64,000 bases of DNA. It comes from Eledone cirrhosa (Eukaryota). The notes under the pieces are model-generated. The model searched no databases. It was not told the DNA's origin and saw only the letters and a program-made list of their open reading frames with translations. The translations under genes and the position numbers were made by a program. This document shows positions 56,071 to 64,000 of the stretch, piece after piece. Location: NCBI GenBank assembly GCA_964016885.1, contig OZ024740.1, positions 378,820,001-378,884,000 on the forward strand, written 5' to 3'. Positions within the stretch are counted from its first letter, which is position 1. The number at the start of each line of letters is the position of its first letter.

Positions 56071-56131
56071 TTTCATTCTGATGAATGAAAGCAAATATCG
56101 TTTGCTTTCAAGAAACCACTGGTAAATGAAA
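56071..56131 (+). ncRNA. Type I hammerhead motif
   Basis: UUUCAUU-CUGAUGA-a UGAAAGCAAA..UUUGCUUUCA a-GAAA-CC acu GG-UA-AAUGAAA. Confidence 0.8.
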
Positions 56132-56322
56132 TAATCATCTTATGTTGTTCATTAGATAACTATATGTATATATATACATATATATATACATACATACATA
56201 CACACATACATACACACACATATACATACATACACACACATATATATACAAACGTAAACACACACATGTCCACACACACATACGAACACATACGTACATA
56301 AACATTGCCTACACACGTATAT

Positions 56323-56360
<38 letters not shown>

Positions 56361-56733
56361 TGATATATGTATATATATATATATATATATATACATATAT
56401 ACACACAAAAGAAAAAAAGGACAACTTAACATGCATACGCACATCTACACATACATACAAATACCCACGCATAGGCCGATATACATACATCTACACGTGC
56501 GCACGCATACATGCTGCCGCGTGGATACACTTGCACGCATGCACATTTGCCTACACACACAGAAGTGCCACCACATATACATGTACATATATAAACACAC
56601 CTGTAAGTGAACAGTTGAAAATACATTATGCAATAAAAAACAGTATAATAACATAAGAAAAATATACAATGAAATATAATATACAATGTGGTATATATAT
56701 ATACATACACACACATATATATATATATATATG

Positions 56734-57467
56734 TGTAACGGAATATTATGTGTGGTTGTAACGATAAGTGGATGGATGGATGTAACTGTTGGTATGGTGG
56801 TTTCGATGTAAAGAAAAATACCAGGATTGTGTTGTTACAAAGTTTATTTTATTATAACAATATTCAATTTGAATATTGAATGATAAAATCAATAACACAA
56901 AATATTCATACAATAATTTGGTGGCTCCTCGAGCCACGTAAATTCAAGTATCACAGAATACGATTATAATATAATTTGTACTGTATCAGAAAGGTACAAT
57001 ATGTGTAAACAGAAATAGTGTGTGTGTAAATACTGAACTCACTATGAATGCGTGTGTGCGTATCAGTATATTTACTTGTTTGTATTGCAGGAATCAGCGA
57101 TCAGCCAGGAAGGTGAGAATAAGTGGCAGACTGGTTTTTCGTGACGAGAGCTTGTAAATGCGACTTGTCTTGTCTGTATATCACTTCTTTTCTGTCGAGG
57201 CGTAAACAACCCCTGTATTTATAAGAGTTGAAGTTAGAAGGATAGATATATCCTCTGAACTTTGGTTAGTCTCCCAAGGGATTAGTTTGCCAAGCGTAAA
57301 CAAGTCAGAAAGATGAATATATCCTCTGACCTATTTTCTGTCAGGTGTAAACACCTCTGACCTGTGTTTAGCCTCTCCCAAGGGTTAGTCTCTTGAGCGT
57401 AAACAAGTTACCACGGCTTGTCCCAGAGGCGGGAAAGCTCAGATTCGGTTTCGAATCTTCGCCGCCG

Positions 57468-57472
<5 letters not shown>
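56734..57472 (-). mobile_element. Solo LTR of an LTR retrotransposon in (TA)n
   Basis: Termini TGTAACGG...CCGTTATA (TG..CA-like inverted ends); minus-strand TATAAATA near 57220 and AATAAA near 56845; internal GCGTAAACA repeats. Confidence 0.65.
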
Positions 57473-57509
<37 letters not shown>

Positions 57510-57516
<7 letters not shown>

Positions 57517-58165
57517 GAGAAGAAGAATACTGCGTGGTTGCACATGGGTTACATATGATAAAAATAGTCCTTCGTCAGTGATTTTCCAACCATCATTGGT
57601 ATTTCATCGCATTAAAAATCATATACCTCAGGTTGGTGCGAGCAATAACTAAAAAAAGTTATTGGGACCAGTAAATCGCGTAAAGCGAGGGGGACAAGTG
57701 AACAACATAGAAAGATAAAAGCAAACCAAAGAAAGGAAAAAAACAAGCAACATGGTTGTCCTTGTCTGCATAATCTGGGTGGATTTCATGAGCGAAAGGT
57801 ACAGACGTCCGACGTGAGTGAGATGTAAGCAAGAAAGAAGAGACCCACTGTAAGCCAAACGGGAGGAAGTGAGAAGGGGAGAAACAGAGAGTGAGTGAGT
57901 GGAAGTGCGAGGAAGAGATCAGTCGAGACAAAGTGTAACTGACAAAGGGGGCGAAAGAAGTTGAGAGAAACAGAGAGAACGGGGAAGCAGTAAGAGAGAA
58001 ACAGACAAACGCAGCCGAGGTAAATATATATTAAAAACATGAGAAGAAAGAAGAATACTGCGTGGTTGCACATGGGTTACATATGATAAAAATAGTCCTT
58101 CGTCAGTGATTTTCCAACCATCATTGGTATTTCATCGCATTAAAAATCATATACCTCAGGTTGGT
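57510..58165 (-). mobile_element. Retrozyme/pLTR-like non-coding unit: 528-bp period plus ~130-bp terminal direct repeat
   Basis: 57510-57637 repeats at about 58033-58165; the repeat carries the permuted hammerhead-like motif; abuts (TA)n. Confidence 0.85.
57571..57636 (-). ncRNA. Candidate permuted hammerhead-like ribozyme with K-turn, variant B (identical copy 58099-58164)
   Basis: CCAACC-UGA-GGUAU-A-UGAUUUU-UAAUGCGAU-GAA-AUACC-AAU-GAU-GGUUGG-AAAAUCA-CUGACGA-A. Confidence 0.7.
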
Positions 58166-58624
58166 CCCCCTATTATACTTATATACACACACACACGTAT
58201 ATACGCACCTACGTATATATATACACACACACACATACACAGACGCATACGTACACAGACTCATACGTACATATACGCATATATACGGGTATGTATAGAG
58301 GATATGTGATAAAATAATACTACAATAATAATAATAATAATAATGATTTCATTTATTAGCCACAAGGGCCGACATGTAGGGGACAATACAAAGCAGGGAC
58401 AGTGGGGGTTTACAATAAGGTCGAGTAAAATTGCACAATGGCAAGACTAATTTAACAATGAAAATATAAAAATATAAAATAAACTATGAATAAATATAAC
58501 AAAATAAATTCCCCGATAGGGGGTGGAGGATCCTGGGGTGACTCGGGTACCCCACCAATCCTGAACCACCCTGCGCTTCTAGGGCACCCAGGGAGAGCAC
58601 CCCTCTCCTCAAGTTAGCCAGCCT

Positions 58625-61233
58625 ATAGGCGCATGGTCAGAGTAGGCCCATTCACACGAGCCATTCTCGTCACATTCACCCACCTTTTAGCAAATGTACT
58701 GGGGGCAGCACTTCTCTCTCCACCCTCACCTTCCTTTCCAGGTGAAACTTGAAGAAGTTGATGAGGGATTGGCCGAAGAGAAAAGTGTCTGTCTTCAGTC
58801 CTTTTAACCTGGTCCACCATATAACCTCTTTCGCAACTGACACCAGACAGAGGAAAATTTCCTGCTCTTCCTGACCTAAGGAAGGCGGTGGGTCGATCAT
58901 CACTATGGACTCGGCCGATAGCCGGATTCGTTCCACACGCGACAGTAGCTGTTCGACATAACTCCACAAGTCAGTAATGCACGGACATTGGACAAGTGCG
59001 TGCAGAACGGTTTCGTCGTTCTGTGCGCATCTTGGGCAGGTCCGTCTGACAGCACTTCCGTGCTTGTAGAATTTATCCCGAACCGGCAGTGCCCCCTGGT
59101 AGCACTGCCAAGCGAGGGATTTCTGGAAATTTTCCATCGTCCCCGGCTCAAAAGTTCTCCCGTACAGACTGGTCAGTTCGACTTCGTTGAGGCCCAAAGC
59201 TTCTCCGAGTGCGTCATCGCACTTGCCCACCACTAATCCTCTATAGAACTCAAGAGTGGAAGTTCCACTGATCGCATTGCCCGCTTGGTAGAGGGCACTG
59301 AGTGCCTGGCAACATTCCAGGTGCCAGTCACCCAGTCTCGGTCTCTTCTTGTCTCAGGACTGCAGCTCAGTCAAAGAAATGAGCTGCGGAAAGGCCCGTC
59401 TGATAAACGGCGACCACACCTGTTCACCGTTGAGGCAGAATATCTGGAGATGTCGCAGCCTCAACGCATGTCTGCGCATCATTAGCCATGGCATGCCCAG
59501 CCCTCCGCTTAGAGGGTGCTGGCAGCAGATGGACCGCCTCACCAACGGAACTTGTCCTCTCCACAAGAATTTGAAGAGGAGCCGTTCCAACTTGACGAGG
59601 CGCGGACGAAGGCAAGGCACGACGGTCAGGCGGTAGTAGATGACGGACGCGATGTACGCATTCGCCACCTCCGCGCGACCTTTCAGTGATAGCTTCCTCC
59701 CAGCCCATTTTTGGGTGAGATTGGCTACTCTGCTCGTTACCTCATCCCAATTCTTTTCCACCTTGAGGTCTGGTCCGCACAAAACCCCGAGCAACTTTAC
59801 CGGTCCATCCGTCCAGCGCCCCACGACGCTGTTGGACGGCATGGGTTGCCTCTCCAGGTTCCGAGCTGCAAGCCCACCGACTTTTCCGGGTTAAGTTTGG
59901 CTCCTGTCAACCTTTCATATTCCTTCTATAAGGTGCCGACCACCTTGATTTCTGAGGTGTTCGACACCATCACGGTGATGTCGTCCGCATAAGCCGACAC
60001 CGCCTTTCCACGCCTTGCCCGAACAACCGAGCAAAGTGCTGGCGAAAGGCCTCACATATCCGCTTGGAATCGTTTATCTCGTGTCCGTCTCGGTCCGCCA
60101 CAGACCGAATTGTGGTTTTATTACCACGCTGCGCCTCCGCCACCTGGGCCCATCGAACAGCTTTGGTTCCCTCGTTTCTCAGCGCACGCGCCTTAGCTCT
60201 GACAATGCAGCCTTCGTGTTTCGCATTGAAGAAATGGTCTAATGCCATTCTCGCCGCTAGCACGTCAGTTGCAATGCCACTACAAATGGCCTCGTCTAAC
60301 TTATCTACCAGCTCCCCCTCCTTTCTATTTTTCTCTAACGCTATTTCTTTGCTGAACTCTATCGAAGTTACTCTAATATCTCTGTTGAGAGCCCCCCACC
60401 ATCTGTTGTTGATGATCCCCCCTGTCAACTTTTGCTTAACTAAATTGTTGACTCGGTCCCTGTAAGCCTTACGTGCCGGAAATGTTCAGCTTCCAGTAAC
60501 CCGGTCCTAACCTACGCGTTTTATCTAGGTCGACCGTACAGATCACAAATTTGTGATCTGAATAGGCGACCGTTTTAAAAAGTGGGCAGCCCACACTATT
60601 TCTATCTATTTTCCTAATGAAGATCCTGTCTATATACGATCTAGATGACCCCATTCGGTTGGTCCATGTCCATACTGGCACATTGGGTAAATCTAGTCGA
60701 TACCTGTCAGACAGTTGGAACTGGCTGAGTAGGTGCTTGAGGCTTTTGCAGCCCCCGCTCCTATCGGCTACTCCCACACAATCCCAGCGTGCGTCTAAGA
60801 TGCCATTCCAGTCCCCCGCTAACAGTAAAGGGCGAGACGTACCCAGAAAGGTCTCCAGGCGCCTAAAGAAGTTCGGTCGTCCGGCCCCTGTAGGGGCGTA
60901 GACGGCCAGCAGTCTAAAGGCACCACCTTTTGCTACTGCTCACATGCAAGACCACCAACTTACCGTCCGGGTCCCGGAAGATCGACCTTACCTCGAGATC
61001 CAGTCCTTTCCTAAACAGCACTGCCACCCCACCCCCATTCCCGGTCTGCTAACAGATGCGAAGATCTGATAGTCGTCGAAAATAGGAGCTAGTGCGCGCG
61101 TATCGGAAATTCTGGTCTCGCTGACGGCAATCACATCCATTTCCAGCGACCTGAGGTCATTGAGCAGGCGACCCTGCTTGCAGGGTGACCCCAGGCCGCG
61201 AACATTTAAACTTCCTACTCATAATATGGCCAT
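58625..61233 (-). pseudogene. Tx1-like ORF2 (APE endonuclease, RT mostly deleted)
   Basis: Starts MAIL*VGSLNVRG; jumps from FARLFGQ to AVSAYADD near 60015. Confidence 0.85.
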
Positions 61234-61262
61234 ATTGGTAAGCTAAGAGAGAGAGGGAAGGT

Positions 61263-63418
61263 TTACTTACCTCCCGGAGTCTTGTGAAGGTCGGGTGGTT
61301 CGACCTCCATGGTTAATGGGGTTTCTTTTGGGAACCCCTTTAAAAGTCTTGATGTGGGTTTCACATTCGGGGTTCCCACGTCTTGAGGAAAGCTCTCTCG
61401 AATTTCTTTGAAGCAATTGAGTGACATTCGGACCAGAAGCAAATCTTCTGGCACGCAAAATGTGCATTTCAAAAATCTCCCCCTCTGTTTGAATGTCCTC
61501 GCTTCGTGCTAAGAGTGCCATCAGTTTATCGTTGGCCCTTCTGACAAGCACGAAGTTTTTAACATTTTGTTGGTGTGGTTTTATTTGTTTTCGTTTTGGT
61601 GACTGTGGTGGTGATGGTTTTGGTGGTGTTGTTTCGGGTATGTCTGTGTTTGTTGTAGGTGTGGTATCTGCAATTTCAGGTATTTGTGTGTTTATTTGTA
61701 CTTGTGTTTGTCTAGGTTGTTTGCGTTTCGGGGATTGTGGAGGTGGTGTCGTTGTTGCTGTTGGTGATGATGTTATTGGGGAAGTGTTTGCGTTAGTGGT
61801 GTCTGTATTTTTTGTTGTGTATGTTTTTGTGTTTTGTTGGGGCTTTTTTTTTGTGAGTTTTCTCTGTTTTTTTGCACTTTGGGGTTTTCCTTCATCTTCG
61901 CTGCTGGAAGACAAAGGGGTCTGTGGCTGTGAGTGTCTCTGTGTCTGTGTGTGCGTTTATTGTTTTGTCTATGTGTATAATTGGGGGTGGGGGGTGGGAG
62001 AGCTTTCCTCGTTTTCCCCTTGGATTGGTTTTGGTGTTGGTGGTGATCCGGCTGTTTTTGATGTTGGTGTCCGTGTTTTTGTTGGTGTTGTTTTTGGTGG
62101 TGGTGGTGCAGCTTTCCGGGCTGACACTGGCGTTGGCAACAAAGGAGGTTTGCGACCCCCTGCATTTTTGCGCTGAGGGCAGAAGGCTTGCAGATGCGTT
62201 GCTTCCCCGCAGACGAAGCAGCGTGGCCTCCTTCCGTCAATGATTAGTTGGATTGTTGTCCCGTCCTGAAGGCGGGCAAAATCCGGGATGTTGTTCATGT
62301 CCTCCGGTTTCATTTGGAGAAGAATCTCCAAATCCATTCCGGACCAGTCCTCTCTCTCTGTCCTTTTGATATCCAGGATGGTAGTGTCTGTCCCCTCCTC
62401 GATTACGCATCCCAGCAGCCACCATATGTTCATTCTTGGTGGGATGCTGGGAATGCGGACCTTTACTGTCCTTTTACCCATGTAGGACGGATGCATGATA
62501 ATGCGTTCCGTTCTGCAGGGGGTCACCGAGTGCTTAATAGCGAGGGCCTCGGTTTTGAACAGTACCGAGATGGTACCGAACTGTTTACCTCTTACTTTAT
62601 ACTCTATGATACTTCCGATGCACTCAAAAGCAGCCTCGACCTCTGCTTGGCTGGCAAATTCCACTTTTCGTGTCCGCACCGAAATGCATCGAAAGTACAC
62701 CGTCCTCCTTTGCATGGCCGCTATTGCCTCGTCCGGGATGGTCAGGTTTGCCCAGGACTTCTCCCGTTTAATTAGCCTCCACGCTTGGGCCAACTGTTCG
62801 TTTTTATCGCTAATATCAATATCAATATTCAATAAGCGCTTTGTTTTTGCTGCTGCTGCAGCAAATGTGGTGTTTCTGATGCTCTTGTTGTTGGTGTTGT
62901 CATTCTTGCTGTTGTTATTGGGCGGTGGATTGGCAGTATCGGTAGAGAGTCAGACACCATGCTTTCCAGCATAGTTACGTCCCTTTACGATCTGAGTTCA
63001 AATCCCGCCGAGGTTGACTTTGCCTTTCATCCTTACGGGGTCGATAAAATAAAGTACCAGTAATGCACTGGTTATTTGCTGGCCTTGTGCCTAAAGTAGA
63101 AACAGTTATTGGTGTTGTTGTTGTTGTTTTGTTTGTTGATGCTGTTGCCACCGCCATCCGTGTTTACATTGAAGCTGTCGGTGTTATTGTCGTTATTGCT
63201 CTGAGTTGTTGTTGTTGTTGTGGTGGTAGTGGTGGTGGTGGCGGTGATGTCGTTTTCAGATGATACTGCTGCTATCACAGAAGGTTGTGATGGTAACTTT
63301 TTAGTTTTGCCTTCACATTCATGACTGTAGCCGTCGTAGTCATGGTGAAATCTGCAGTGGCTGCCTTTAAACTTTTGACCTGAACGTTGTTTACCGTTTC
63401 AAGGTCGAAAATTCCCAT
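61263..63418 (-). pseudogene. Tx1-like ORF1 (zinc-knuckle protein), frameshifted and SINE-interrupted
   Basis: GRRPRCFVCGEATHLQAFCP in the 61969-62832 ORF; Pro/Thr/Lys-rich tail in 61267-61914. Confidence 0.8.
62922..63104 (+). mobile_element. tRNA/Nin-like SINE inserted in Tx1 ORF1
   Basis: Family consensus; GTTATTGG duplication on both sides. Confidence 0.9.
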
Positions 63419-64000
63419 AATTTTTTTTGGTGGGGAAGCGATTTCGAAGTTTTTAAAAATAAATCTGAATATCCGAGCTTAAAGCCCGAATATTCAGAGG
63501 TATCCCTCTCTTTAAATGAAGATGTGTACCTTAAGTTTCGTTAACGACAAGAAAATACAAAAAATGACACTTTAAAACAGCTTAAAGTTACGGACCTTTT
63601 CCCCCGCAGATTTGTACTGTCTTCACGCATGTGCGGCCATAATAATAATAATAATTGTTTCTACTTTAGGCACAAGGCCAGCAATTACCCAGTGCATTAC
63701 TGGTACTTTATTTTATCGACCCCGTAATAATAATAATAATGAAAAAACATATAGTCCATATATAAACATCCGCATACATTCCCAAGATATGCACATAAAC
63801 ACATACATGTATGCACAAATACATATACACACATATAGAGGCCCGTAAATGCATGCACCTGCACCCACACACACATCCACATATATACACCCATACACAT
63901 CCACATATATATACGCACACTTACCCGCCCGCACACACACACACCTACTCGTATGTGGCTATACGTACTTACTCACTCATACACATATAGACATATATAT

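Larger units (their letters stand above)
58345..63638 (-). mobile_element. Tx1/L1-like LINE with both termini, internally deleted, flanked by (TAA)n
   Basis: ORF1 with CCHC knuckle; ORF2 with APE motifs (GSLNVRG, GDWNG, YIDRIF, SDHK), AYADD and C-terminal CPRC..H...C; AATAAA plus (ATT)n tail. Confidence 0.92.

Noticed and set aside
57571-57636. Box C/D snoRNA reading of the CUGA / AUGAUGG / CUGA motifs
   Set aside because: No upstream box C or terminal stem; the would-be guide covaries with an internal partner, and the motif lies in a mobile repeat. It is better read as a K-turn within a larger fold.
61240-61272. GGTAAGT...CTCTTAG between Tx1 ORF1 and ORF2 as a mini-intron
   Set aside because: Only 28 nt long, and the acceptor AG is not conserved in the 21075 copy; likely just stop-codon context.

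Overview
AT-rich, microsatellite-dense animal intergenic DNA made almost entirely of transposable elements. The tRNA-derived SINE family and the (TA)n/(CA)n/(TATG)n density suggest a coleoid cephalopod such as Octopus (inference). No intact host gene is visible. The window holds one near-intact Penelope-like element (PLE; RT + GIY-YIG) with an inverted pseudo-LTR, several PLE fragments, and many non-coding pLTR/retrozyme-like units carrying type I hammerhead ribozyme motifs, often as fold-back inverted repeats. It also holds Tx1/L1-like, R4/Dong-like, RTE and CRE-like LINE remnants, many SINEs, a Helitron-like element, a hAT MITE, a solo LTR, and possible decayed class C GPCR fragments. The most striking signal is a three-copy RNA motif on the minus strand (2343-2408, 57571-57636, 58099-58164). 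It contains all hammerhead core nucleotides, but its three strands are in a non-circularly permuted, pseudoknotted order, with a box C/D-type kink-turn in stem III. Compensatory changes between the two diverged versions support the fold, and it bounds a 528-nt retrozyme-like unit. All structures were read by eye and coordinates of degraded repeats are approximate.
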